Part shown: one piece after another, positions 27,560-36,394 of the stretch | How positions within the stretch are numbered: position 1 is the first letter of the stretch | Layout: the number at the start of each line of letters is the position of its first letter | DNA from: an uncultured Phycisphaera sp. | GTDB taxonomy: Bacteria > Planctomycetota > Phycisphaerae > UBA1845 | NCBI GenBank assembly: GCA_964486335.1 | Contig: CAZAMB010000001.1 | Location: 231,979-295,978, forward strand | DNA: 64,000 nt | Reading direction: 5' to 3' | The notes under the pieces: model-generated | What the model was told of the DNA's origin: nothing | Databases searched by the model: none | What the model saw: only the letters and a program-made list of their open reading frames with translations | Made by a program: the position numbers and the translations under genes

Positions 27560-28464
27560 GTTGGCGTGATCGAGAATATGCGCGCGGGGCGGAGCGCGTG
27601 CGGCCGATTCCGTTCGGGCGCGGCGGCACGCTTCTCGGCGGGCGCAGCATCGTTACCACGCTGATTTGGGTCAACATCATCGTTTATGTCGTGTGCGTCA
27701 TGACCAGCGGGCCGGGAGGCGGGTTGCAGAGTCCCGTCTTTAACTTGCTGGCTCTTTATACACCCGCGGTCCAAGGAGCCCAGGTCTGGCGACTCATCAC
27801 CGCGCAATACCTTCATTGGGATGCCGGTCACATCCTGATGAACATGATCGGACTGCACTTTCTCGGCAGGCCGCTCGAACGTGAGTGGGGCACGCGGCGG
27901 TTCTTCGGTGTTTATACGATTGCGGGATTGATGGGCAATCTGTTTTATGTCGCGCTGACGCTCATCGGCTGGCTTCCAATCAACGGTGTCGCGGCGGGCG
28001 CGTCGGGCTGCGTGTTGGGTTTGCTCGGCGCCGCGGCCGTCCGATATCCACATGCCGAGGTTTGGATTTACTTTTTGTTCCCCATCAAAATCCGCACCGC
28101 TGCCCTCGCCTTTGGCGGCCTATACGCCTTGAACCTCTACTCACGCGGAAACAACGCCGGAGGCGATGCCTGCCACCTGGCGGGGATGCTTTTCGGGGCC
28201 TGGTGGGCGTGGCGCGGCGAGGGCTGGTGGTTTTCTCGGAATCGTTCGATGCCCCGATTCCGTGTGCGAACAGCCCCTCCGGCGGATTCGACCTTCACCG
28301 AACGAGTGGAACAACGGCGGTCCGATGCCGAAACCGTCGATCGCATCCTGAAAAAGGTCTACGAAACCGGCATTCACAGCCTGACCGAATCCGAAAAAGC
28401 CGCCCTACGCGAGGCCACCGAGCGGCAACGCTCCGTGGAATCGACCCGCCCCGATCGGCTATGA
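27556..28464 (+). CDS. rhomboid family intramembrane serine protease
   Basis: ITAQYLHWDAGHILMNMIGLHFLG, GASGCVLG (Ser context) and CHLAGMLFG (His context). The C-terminal cytoplasmic tail motif is VDRILKKVYETGIHSLTESEKAALREAT. Confidence 0.85.
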   Translation: MSWRDREYARGAERVRPIPFGRGGTLLGGRSIVTTLIWVNIIVYVVCVMTSGPGGGLQSPVFNLLALYTPAVQGAQVWRLITAQYLHWDAGHILMNMIGLHFLGRPLEREWGTRRFFGVYTIAGLMGNLFYVALTLIGWLPINGVAAGASGCVLGLLGAAAVRYPHAEVWIYFLFPIKIRTAALAFGGLYALNLYSRGNNAGGDACHLAGMLFGAWWAWRGEGWWFSRNRSMPRFRVRTAPPADSTFTERVEQRRSDAETVDRILKKVYETGIHSLTESEKAALREATERQRSVESTRPDRL

Positions 28465-28531
28465 TGCTCAGGACGCCGACGGACTGCTCCGCCTGGCGTC
28501 GCCCCTATTCGGACGGAAGGAAGCGCATCCC

Positions 28532-29614
28532 ATGAACCCGGTCGAGAGGCCGCTGGACAATCCGATCAACTGGTCCTTCAGGCTCGGCCGCATGCGCGGA
28601 ATCGACATTCGCGTGCACATCGCGTTCGTGTTGTGTGCCGTCGTGCTTTTCTGGATGGAACTTCCTCCAAAGGAATTGGCCCGAGACATGTCGTTGATAG
28701 ACGTCTTCGGCGGGGCGCTGGGGACCTACGCGCTGTTGTTCCTCGTCGTGTTGCTTCACGAGTTCGGCCACTGCTGGGGGGCGCGGCGCACAGGCGGCGA
28801 GGCCGACGAAATCCTGCTATGGCCGCTGGGCGGACTCGCCAACGTGAACCCTCCGCACGATCCCCGATCGAACCTGATCACCACGCTCGCGGGTCCGTCG
28901 GTCAACGTGATTCTCTGCGCGGTGTGTTCGGCGGTTCTCACGGTCTGGGTCGGCACGCTTGGCGCGGTGCCGTGGAATCCGCTGCATCCGATGTCGCCGG
29001 TAGACGCGCTCGTCATCCCGACGGCCTCGCAGGAATGGGTGATCCGATTGTTCGGTGTGAGCTACTTCCTGCTGCTCATCAACCTGCTGCCGATTTTTCC
29101 CTTCGACGGCGGGCGGGTTTTGCAGGCCGTGTTGTGGTCGCGAAAGGGGTATTTCGCGGCCACGGAGATCGCGACCGGCGTGGGCATGATCGGGGCAATC
29201 GGCGTGGGGCTGTTTGCACTGTTCACCGATCAAAGCTGGCTTTTGATCATGATCGCGGCCTTTGGATACTTGACCTGCTGGCAGACGAGGCGGATCAACA
29301 AGGAGCAGGGTGAATTCGGCGCGGGCGAGTTTGGATATGATTTTTCGCGCGGATTCACATCGCTGGAACGGACCGATACACGACCTCGGCGTCCGGGGCT
29401 GATCGCGCGACGCCGCGCAGCCAAAGCGCTGCGCCGCGCGGAACAGGAGCGCGCCGCGCAAGAGCGACATCAGCAGGCCGTGGATGATATTCTCCGCAAG
29501 GTGGCGCGATCGGGTCTGGCGTCGCTTTCACCAAACGAGCGAGAAGTGCTCGAAGCGGAAACCCGCCGCGTGCGGAGCTGCTCGTCGGATTCGCGCGATT
29601 CGGCGGAGTTATGA
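28532..29614 (+). CDS. site-2 protease family (M50) zinc metalloprotease
   Basis: The HExxH motif is in LLHEFGHCWG, with ILLWPLGGLA and NLLPIFPFDGGRV (second metal-ligand motif). The C-terminal tail motif is VDDILRKVARSGLASLSPNEREVLEAET. Confidence 0.85.
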   Translation: MNPVERPLDNPINWSFRLGRMRGIDIRVHIAFVLCAVVLFWMELPPKELARDMSLIDVFGGALGTYALLFLVVLLHEFGHCWGARRTGGEADEILLWPLGGLANVNPPHDPRSNLITTLAGPSVNVILCAVCSAVLTVWVGTLGAVPWNPLHPMSPVDALVIPTASQEWVIRLFGVSYFLLLINLLPIFPFDGGRVLQAVLWSRKGYFAATEIATGVGMIGAIGVGLFALFTDQSWLLIMIAAFGYLTCWQTRRINKEQGEFGAGEFGYDFSRGFTSLERTDTRPRRPGLIARRRAAKALRRAEQERAAQERHQQAVDDILRKVARSGLASLSPNEREVLEAETRRVRSCSSDSRDSAEL

Positions 29615-29633
29615 ACGCCAAACCTTCGCGTTT

Positions 29634-31007
29634 TCAGGGGTTCGACGGCGTCGTCTCGCCCGCCGCGACGACATGCCCTTTGGTTCGGAAATAAATCGTG
29701 CCGTCCGAAATGGCCGGCGTCGCCATGCAGATTTCGCTCAGAGGGTTCTTGGCCAGTGGCTCATAGACGTCGCCGGTCTTGACCACGTAAACGTCACCTT
29801 CCTCGCTGGTGAAATAGACTTTCCCATCGGCGGCGACGGGTGATGCGGTGAATCCCACGCCTTCGGCCAGTCGCTCGCGGTACTTCTTCTTGCCCGTCAT
29901 TGCGTCGTAGCAGGCCATGATGCCGGAATCGCGGCAACAGTAGAGATTGTCACCGTAGACCAGCGGCGTTTGCATATAGTTGCCGATGCGCATGTCGGCC
30001 CAGGCGATGTGCGAATTGCTGGTTTCCTCGCCGGAGAGCGAGATATCTCCGGTCGCGTCGGTCTTGATCGCATAAACCGGGGCGGCCGGTCCGTGGGCGT
30101 TGGTGATGAAGATCAAGCCGTGGGCGACAATCGGCGTGGGCACAGGAATGTCTCCGCCGCCTTTCATTTTCCATAGTTCCTTGCCGGTGGCGAGATCGTA
30201 TCCGCCGATGTGCTTCCAGCCGTTGGCGATGACCTGCGATCGACCGCCGGACGTATGCACGGTCGGCGAACTCCACGTCGGCACTTCGTCGCGCGCCGTC
30301 CGCCACAGTTCCTTGCCGTCCGTCACATCCAGCGCCGCGATGAACGAATCTTTCTGCACGTCGCACTGCACGATGACCTTGCCGTCGTGGATGATCGGCG
30401 AGCTGCCGAACTCCCACTGGGCAAGCGGAACGGCGTAATAGCCGGCGTCGAGCACGCCGAATTCCTTCTTCCAGAGCAGATCGCCGTCCATGTTGTAGCA
30501 GTAGAGTCCTTCTGATCCGAAAAACGCGACGACGTGCTTGCCGTCGGTGGCGGGCGTGCAGTTGGCATGTGTGGCCTTGGTGTGCCGCTTGACCGCGGGC
30601 TTGCCCTTGTGGGCTTCCTTTTCCCAGAGAATCTTTCCGGTGTTTTTGTCGAGACAGTAGAGCCGCCAGCTTTTTTCGGTGTCGTCGTTGACCGGGGCGA
30701 TATCGCCGTAAAGTCCGACCTTGAGCGAGTCTTCGCGTTCGCTGACCGCTGTCGTGACGAAGAGCTTGTCGCCCGAGACGATCGGCGAGGAGTGGCCCAG
30801 TCCCGGGATCGGCGTTTTCCAGCGAATGTTTTCGCCGGTTTCGACGTTCCACTTTGTCGGCGTGGGCTTGCCCTCGGCCACGCCGCTCGCCGACGGCCCA
30901 CGAAACTGCGGCCAGTTCGTTGATCCCGGTTCGGCAGCGTGGCTCCGCGTTGCGAGCAGGGCGAGGAACATGGCTGCCGAAGTGTTCAGATGGCTGTTTC
31001 GCAACAT
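29634..31007 (-). CDS. secreted PQQ-like/BamB-like beta-propeller repeat protein
   Basis: ATG 31007 gives the signal peptide [29 protein letters not shown]-rich propeller repeats follow ([49 protein letters not shown]). Confidence 0.85.
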   Translation of the reverse strand: MLRNSHLNTSAAMFLALLATRSHAAEPGSTNWPQFRGPSASGVAEGKPTPTKWNVETGENIRWKTPIPGLGHSSPIVSGDKLFVTTAVSEREDSLKVGLYGDIAPVNDDTEKSWRLYCLDKNTGKILWEKEAHKGKPAVKRHTKATHANCTPATDGKHVVAFFGSEGLYCYNMDGDLLWKKEFGVLDAGYYAVPLAQWEFGSSPIIHDGKVIVQCDVQKDSFIAALDVTDGKELWRTARDEVPTWSSPTVHTSGGRSQVIANGWKHIGGYDLATGKELWKMKGGGDIPVPTPIVAHGLIFITNAHGPAAPVYAIKTDATGDISLSGEETSNSHIAWADMRIGNYMQTPLVYGDNLYCCRDSGIMACYDAMTGKKKYRERLAEGVGFTASPVAADGKVYFTSEEGDVYVVKTGDVYEPLAKNPLSEICMATPAISDGTIYFRTKGHVVAAGETTPSNP

Positions 31008-31145
31008 CGTTTGACCCTTCCGTGAACATTCAATTGTCGGATTTCGCTCGCCCGGTTTCGGTGGTGACCGCATTTTGACCCGGATTCGTCGTGTCGGCCA
31101 GATCGGAGATGTCAATAGTTGCAATGCGATCGAGCACCGAACAAA

Positions 31146-31283
31146 CCAACGTTGGGTAGTGGGTCATTTTAAGTTTGATCGGAGCCGCGACCGTGAGGGA
31201 GCGGGCTTTTCCGCCTCGCGACTGGACGCACCGCTTGCTGACTCGCGCGGCTCGGTTCAAACTGACTCACTACCCAACGTTGG
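31146..31283. repeat. 138-nt imperfect inverted repeat (long hairpin, MITE-like or structured-RNA-like element)
   Basis: The left arm ccaacgttgggtagtgggtca (31146-31166) pairs with the right arm tgactcactacccaacgttgg (31263-31283) at 20 of 21 positions. Inner pairings are gtttga/tcaaac and gagccgcg/cgcggctc. Confidence 0.6.
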
Positions 31284-31314
31284 CGATGAGAGAGGGAAAT
31301 AGCATCGAGCTCAT

Positions 31315-31401
31315 TGGGCGAGGCGGGGATCGAACCCGCACCCGGTTATTCACCAGAGGGGATTTTAAGTCCCCAGCGTCTGCCTATTCCGCCACTCGCC
31401 C
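31315..31401 (-). tRNA. tRNA-Leu (anticodon TAA)
   Basis: The reverse complement folds by hand. The acceptor stem is gggcgag/ctcgccc. The anticodon stem is gggga/tcccc with loop ctTAAaa. The variable arm is 18 nt and the T arm is gcggg-ttcgatc-cccgc. The discriminator is A. Confidence 0.9.
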
Positions 31402-31473
31402 GGCCTCATGGATTCGAGAACCGTCCGCGGAACATGGTATTCGCAAACGTCGCGCGTCCAAACTGGGCCGGGT

Positions 31474-32835
31474 CTAGTTTTTCGGGTTGCCGACCGCGAT
31501 GACATGGCCCTTGGTTCGGAAGTAGAGCGTGCCGTCCGAGATCGCCGGTGTGGCCATGCAGATTTCGCCAAGCGGGTTTTTCGCCATGAGCGTATAGTCG
31601 TCCCCCGCCATGACGACGTACACATCGCCTTCCTCGCTCGTGAAGTAGACCTTGCCGTCGGCGGCAACGGGCGAAGCCGTGAAGCCAACCCCGTCGGCCA
31701 GCCGTTCGCGATATTTTTTCTTGCCGGTGGCGGCGTCGTAACAGGCCATGATGCCCGAATCTCGGCAGCAATAGAGGTTGCCGCCATAGACCAGCGGCGT
31801 CTGCATGTAATTGCCGATGCGGAGGTTGGCCCAGGCGATGTGCGAGTTACTCGTTTCGTCCTCGCCCAGCGAGATGTCGCCTATTGCACTCGTCTTGATC
31901 GCGTAGACCGGGGATTGTCCGCCGTGGGCGTTGGTGATGTAAATGAGACCATCCGCGACGACCGGCGTGGGCACGGGAATGTCGCCGCCGCCCTTCATCC
32001 ACCAGAGTTCCTTGCCTGTCGCCAGATCGTATCCGCCGATGCGCTTGTATCCGTTGACGATCACCTGCGCCCGTTCGTTGCCGACATGGACCGTCGGCGT
32101 AGCCCAGCACGGATCGGGCTCGCGCGGCGTCTTCCAGACCTCCTTGCCGTCGGTGACATTCAACGCCGCGAGGTACGCTTCGTTGCGGACCGACACGAAC
32201 AGGATAACTTTGCCGTCGTGAATGATGGGTGAGCTGGCGAAACCCCAGGTGATATCGTCCGCGCCGGGTGGGCCGGAGTCGAGGAGGGAAAAGTCCTTCT
32301 TCCAAACCAAATCGCCATCCATGTTGTAGCAGTACAGGCCCTCCGATCCGAAAAACGCGACGACGTGCTTGCCGTCCGTCGCGGGAGTGCAGTTGGCGTG
32401 GGTAGCCTTGATGTGCCGCATGACCTTCGGCACGCCGCGATAGGCCGTCTTCTCCCATAGCGTCTTGCCGGTGTTCTTGTCGAGGCAGAGCAGCCGGAAG
32501 TCGTGCTCGACGTTTTCCTCGTGCTTGGGGCTTTCGCCGTAGAGTCCGACCTTGAGATACGGGTCGGGGTCGCTGCTGACCGCCGAGGTGACGAACAACT
32601 TGTCGCCCCAAACGATCGGCGAGGAGTGGGCCAAACCCGGGATCGCGGTTTTCCAGCGGATGTTCTCGCCGGTTTCAACGTTCCACTTCGTCGGCGTGGC
32701 GATACCGTCAGCCACCCCGTTCGCCCCCGTCCCGCGAAACTGCGGCCAATCTCTTGGCGGTGCAGCCGTTGCCGTCCCATGTTGAAATCCGGCCGTCAGA
32801 ATGACGAACGATGCAATCCACCCAGCGGTGCTCAT
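31474..32835 (-). CDS. secreted PQQ-like/BamB-like beta-propeller repeat protein (paralog of 29634..31007)
   Basis: ATG 32835 is preceded by a GGAGGAG site, with signal MSTAGWIASFVILTAGFQHGTATAAPP. Long blocks are identical to the neighbouring paralog ([56 protein letters not shown]). Confidence 0.85.
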   Translation of the reverse strand: MSTAGWIASFVILTAGFQHGTATAAPPRDWPQFRGTGANGVADGIATPTKWNVETGENIRWKTAIPGLAHSSPIVWGDKLFVTSAVSSDPDPYLKVGLYGESPKHEENVEHDFRLLCLDKNTGKTLWEKTAYRGVPKVMRHIKATHANCTPATDGKHVVAFFGSEGLYCYNMDGDLVWKKDFSLLDSGPPGADDITWGFASSPIIHDGKVILFVSVRNEAYLAALNVTDGKEVWKTPREPDPCWATPTVHVGNERAQVIVNGYKRIGGYDLATGKELWWMKGGGDIPVPTPVVADGLIYITNAHGGQSPVYAIKTSAIGDISLGEDETSNSHIAWANLRIGNYMQTPLVYGGNLYCCRDSGIMACYDAATGKKKYRERLADGVGFTASPVAADGKVYFTSEEGDVYVVMAGDDYTLMAKNPLGEICMATPAISDGTLYFRTKGHVIAVGNPKN

Positions 32836-33002
32836 GGTCGTATACTCCTCCAATGGGATGTTATTCGGTTCAACGGAAAAGAATATTCGTTATCGTCGTT
32901 GCGTACAAATGGCGCGCGACGGTGAGTAATGGTCAACTTTGAACCGAGCCGCGCGCATTCGGTATGGGCGCCTCGTCCGGCCGCGGCTTCTCAGCAGAAT
33001 TG

Positions 33003-33308
33003 TCAGATCTGTCGCCCGTCAGCGCCGGGTTGCATCGCCGCCTTACGCGCATCCTCGCGCCCGCACCAGCCCCGAACGCACGACAAGAATATCGCTGGTC
33101 CAAGCAACCCGCCGAGCATGGCCAAGATGTAATCTGATCGAGGCAAGTCCTCCACAATTCCGTGCCCAAGGAAACCGATGGCGACGATGAGAACGACATA
33201 GACCACAACCCATGAAATCACGATGCCGATCGCCACGACTCGGTAAAAAAGCCAGCTCCGTGGGAGTTTTCCTTCGTTATATTTCAGGTTGTCCAGCACG
33301 GCCTGCAT
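33003..33308 (-). CDS. small hypothetical membrane protein
   Basis: The 101-aa ORF has two hydrophobic segments (VVAIGIVISWVVVYVVLIVAIGFLG and ILAMLGGLLGPAIFL). No family recalled. Confidence 0.35.
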   Translation of the reverse strand: MQAVLDNLKYNEGKLPRSWLFYRVVAIGIVISWVVVYVVLIVAIGFLGHGIVEDLPRSDYILAMLGGLLGPAIFLSCVRGWCGREDARKAAMQPGADGRQI

Positions 33309-33380
33309 CCGTCGAATTGAGCCGATGCAGCGGCCAGATGATCGTCTCCAATTCGAGCGGCGATCGACTGTTTTCCGCTA

Positions 33381-33629
33381 TTATCGTTTCCGTCTCGCGC
33401 CGCGTCGGCCTCGACCGTTGCCGAGGGTCTCGATCGACGCGATGTGAAGAAACGGCACGTGCGCCCAGCGCTCGCCGTCGGGGAAGACAACAAACACTTC
33501 GGACTTGAGAAGGGCTGCTGAGTTCGGGCTGACCACTTCGTAGGTCTTTCCGCTGGTCATGACCAGGCGAAACGGCAGGAACGGCTCGCGATCGAGCATT
33601 TCACGGATGTTGTCGGGTGTCGTGCTCAC
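33381..33629 (-). CDS. small hypothetical protein with basic C-terminal tail (paralog of 34286..34585)
   Basis: 82 aa: MSTTPDNIREMLDREPFLPFRLVMTSGKTYEVVSPN...GNGRGRRGARRKR. The product aligns by eye with the 34286..34585 product. Confidence 0.5.
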   Translation of the reverse strand: MSTTPDNIREMLDREPFLPFRLVMTSGKTYEVVSPNSAALLKSEVFVVFPDGERWAHVPFLHIASIETLGNGRGRRGARRKR

Positions 33630-33730
33630 GCAGTAATTCTACCAAGAACACAGCGATCGCGGCAATGGGAGGAGCTTCCTGTTGTCGATCAGGCAGCGGC
33701 GGCATCACCATTGTGCGAAGCAAGTCGTAA

Positions 33731-34249
33731 TCAGTTCAGCGCGAGTTCCTTGGCCTTGGTCTTGAGCGTCTTGGCGCGGGTCTGATGGCGAATCTTGTCC
33801 TGAAGCCGCATGAGTCCTTCGAGCAGCGCCTCGGGACGCGGCGGGCAACCGGGAATGTAAATATCGACGGGCACAACGAGATCGACGCCCTTCACCACGT
33901 GGTACCCGTGTTTGAAGTACGGTCCGCCGCCGACGGTGCAGGCGCCCATGGCCATCACGTATTTGGGTTCGGGCATCTGGTTGTAGAGTCTTTTGAGGCG
34001 GCTGGCCATTTTGTAGGTCACCGTGCCCGCGACGATCATCAAGTCGCTCTGTCGCGGAGTGGCGCGAAACGCTCCCGCGCCGAAGCGGTCGATGTCAAAA
34101 CGTGACGCACCGACGGCCATCATCTCGATGGCGCAGCAGGCGAGGCCGAACGTCATCGGCCAGATGCTGTTGCTGCGGCCCCAGTTGATCGCCCAGTCGA
34201 GCGACGTGACGATCAAACCTTCTTCAAATCGGTTTTCGATCCAGCTCAT
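33731..34249 (-). CDS. nuoB: NADH-quinone oxidoreductase subunit B
   Basis: [41 protein letters not shown] and [25 protein letters not shown] match NuoB/Nqo6 with its 4Fe-4S Cys ligands. Confidence 0.93.
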   Translation of the reverse strand: MSWIENRFEEGLIVTSLDWAINWGRSNSIWPMTFGLACCAIEMMAVGASRFDIDRFGAGAFRATPRQSDLMIVAGTVTYKMASRLKRLYNQMPEPKYVMAMGACTVGGGPYFKHGYHVVKGVDLVVPVDIYIPGCPPRPEALLEGLMRLQDKIRHQTRAKTLKTKAKELALN

Positions 34250-34285
34250 GGTGTTACTCCGCGCGTTCGTTTCTTTTTTGCCGAC

Positions 34286-34585
34286 TTACTTTTTTCGGGT
34301 TCGCTTGCTCGAAGACCTTCCGTTTCGTTTGCCGTCGGGTTCGATGCCTGTTATTTGCACCATGTTCACGATCATCCAATCCTTCACCACGCGATCGCTG
34401 GTCGTGGGCGTCAGGAGGGGTTCGCTTCGTTCCAGCGTGGCAAGACCGATCAACAAATGCCGCTCCGCTACGAACACCTGGTCGGGATGGCGAATCAACA
34501 CGGTACGGCCGTCGGCCAGGCCGATGCGAAGCGGTACAAATTCATCGATCCGCAGGAGCTTTCGAAATTCTTCAGGTCGAATCAT
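34286..34585 (-). CDS. small hypothetical protein with basic C-terminal tail (paralog of 33381..33629)
   Basis: 99 aa: MIRPEEFRKLLRIDEFVPLRIGLADGRTVLIRHPD...GKRNGRSSSKRTRKK. It lies between nuoA and nuoB. Confidence 0.5.
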   Translation of the reverse strand: MIRPEEFRKLLRIDEFVPLRIGLADGRTVLIRHPDQVFVAERHLLIGLATLERSEPLLTPTTSDRVVKDWMIVNMVQITGIEPDGKRNGRSSSKRTRKK

Positions 34586-34624
34586 AACTTATATGTAATT
34601 CTCGCAGTAACCGTGCCCGTTCCA

Positions 34625-35089
34625 TCACGGCTGCGGCTCGGCAGTGGCTGATTTCAACATCGGTTCCTGCTTCTGTGCTCCGCACGCGCGAACCCAGTCG
34701 AGGTAGCCCGATTTCCATTCGTAGAGGAACGGAACAGCGATCAACAGGAAGAAGATGAAAAACGCCCAAAACGCCGGCGCGCCCATCTGCTTGAACACCA
34801 CCGCCCAGGGCCAAAGCAGCGCGATCTCGACATCGAACACGATGAACACCAGTGCGACCGTGTAGAAGCGCAAGTCGAACTGCACCCAGCTTTGGCCGAT
34901 CGCCGGCTCGCCGCACTCATAGGCTGCGAGCTTCTCCGGATGGGCCATCGCCGGACGAGCGAACTTGCCGATCAGCAGACCCGCAAAGACGATCCCGAAC
35001 CCGGCCGCCGTGAAGAGCAGGATGCCGATCACCAGTTCGAGGTTGGTGTTGCCATGCGCGCCGGCGGCAAGAAAACCTGAATCGATCAT
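34625..35089 (-). CDS. nuoA: NADH-quinone oxidoreductase subunit A
   Basis: ATG 35089 is preceded by a GGAGGA site. KLAAYECGEP..G.....FDLRFY.VAL.F.VFDVE and three TM helices match NuoA/ND3. Confidence 0.88.
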   Translation of the reverse strand: MIDSGFLAAGAHGNTNLELVIGILLFTAAGFGIVFAGLLIGKFARPAMAHPEKLAAYECGEPAIGQSWVQFDLRFYTVALVFIVFDVEIALLWPWAVVFKQMGAPAFWAFFIFFLLIAVPFLYEWKSGYLDWVRACGAQKQEPMLKSATAEPQP

Positions 35090-35230
35090 CCGTACGTTCC
35101 TCCAAACTCTCCCGAAGCAAACTCCATTTGGAGACTCACAGTTCGAAGTCCAAAGTGCGAAACCAAGAAAGACCAACCGGCAGCAACTTCGGATCTCGTG
35201 CTTTGAATTTCGAACTTCAACTTTTGAACT

Positions 35231-35890
35231 TCATGCTTCCGGTGCCACCGCCCTGACCATCTCCTCACGACGCCTCGCCGTGTCGCTGCTGAGCTTGTCC
35301 TGCGAATGCTTGTAATCGAGCCATTCCTTCTTTCGCTTGGCAGCCCACTCCGGCGGATTCTCCTGCGTCATCCACAGCGGCTGCGGCGTTTGCAAGCCCT
35401 TCTTCGCCAGATCGGTAAACTCGACGATCATGTCGTTGCGCGTGTAGCCGGACAGGTCGTGCAGGTTGCCCATGTGGATGCACTCCGTCGGACACGGATC
35501 GACGCACAACGCACAGAACATGCACTTGGCATAGTCGATGGCGTAGCGGGTCATCAGTCCGCCCGCCGCAATGCCCGTGTTCTTGTCGATTTTTCGCGGT
35601 CCGGTCTTCTCAATATAAATGCAGTCGACGGGGCAGGCCTTGGCGCACTGGTCGCAGGCAATGCACTTCTCAATCTCGAAAAAGTGAAACCCGCGATAGC
35701 GCGGCTGAAGGGCCGGCGCCACGTCGGGGTATTGGAGCGTGATCGTCTTGGCGAAGCAGTAGCGCAAAGTGATGCGCATCCCGATCAGGATGGTCTTCAC
35801 CGTCATCCAGATGTTGTGAAAGTAGTCCTGAACCGGATTGTTCTGCATCGGTTTCGCGCCCCGCCCGTACCGTTCGATCGCTCTCCTCAT
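35231..35890 (-). CDS. nuoI: NADH-quinone oxidoreductase subunit I-like 2x[4Fe-4S] ferredoxin
   Basis: T.QYP.....P.YRG, CIACDQCAKACPVDCIYI and CMFCALCVDPCPTECIHM. There is a C-terminal extension of about 50 aa. The start could be 35890 or 35848. Confidence 0.82.
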   Translation of the reverse strand: MRRAIERYGRGAKPMQNNPVQDYFHNIWMTVKTILIGMRITLRYCFAKTITLQYPDVAPALQPRYRGFHFFEIEKCIACDQCAKACPVDCIYIEKTGPRKIDKNTGIAAGGLMTRYAIDYAKCMFCALCVDPCPTECIHMGNLHDLSGYTRNDMIVEFTDLAKKGLQTPQPLWMTQENPPEWAAKRKKEWLDYKHSQDKLSSDTARRREEMVRAVAPEA

Positions 35891-36394
35891 TCACCATCCT
35901 ACGGAACGGTAGGTTTTTCGCAACGACAGCAAGTTATCGGTGTAGTACCGACTTTTTTACGGGCCGTGAGGGTAACGGAGCGGTTCCGACAGATTCTCGC
36001 CAGTCAACCACTTGCTGACGCACGCGGCTTCCGTGGGCGTCATCGTGACAAGGGTCGTTTCTTAACGCATATGCTTGGCAGCTGGCGCGTGCATTCTCGG
36101 CAACGGTCTCCCGCGACCAGCCCGCACTTCGCCGTGCACCTCGCAGCCCCAACTCATACGGACCGGCCAAGGACGGATGTCTGCCGGACGATGTCCAGGC
36201 TTTCATTCGTACTCACTCGAACTACGTTTGCAGCCCGGTTTGGCGTGCATCCCAATGAGGATCCTATCATTCGGCGATCGACTTCGAGATTGGCACGCCA
36301 TCCACTCGCGCGCTATGGAGGATGATTCTCGAGGCGATGCAGCTCGCTACGGCTGAATTGAAGGATCGCTGGTTCGAACACATCACCAAACCTG

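Noticed and set aside
35306-36325. A 339-aa plus-strand ORF spanning nuoI and its upstream region.
   Set aside because: It is antisense to a clear NuoI-like 2x[4Fe-4S] gene. It has no motifs and its composition is a GC-driven shadow.
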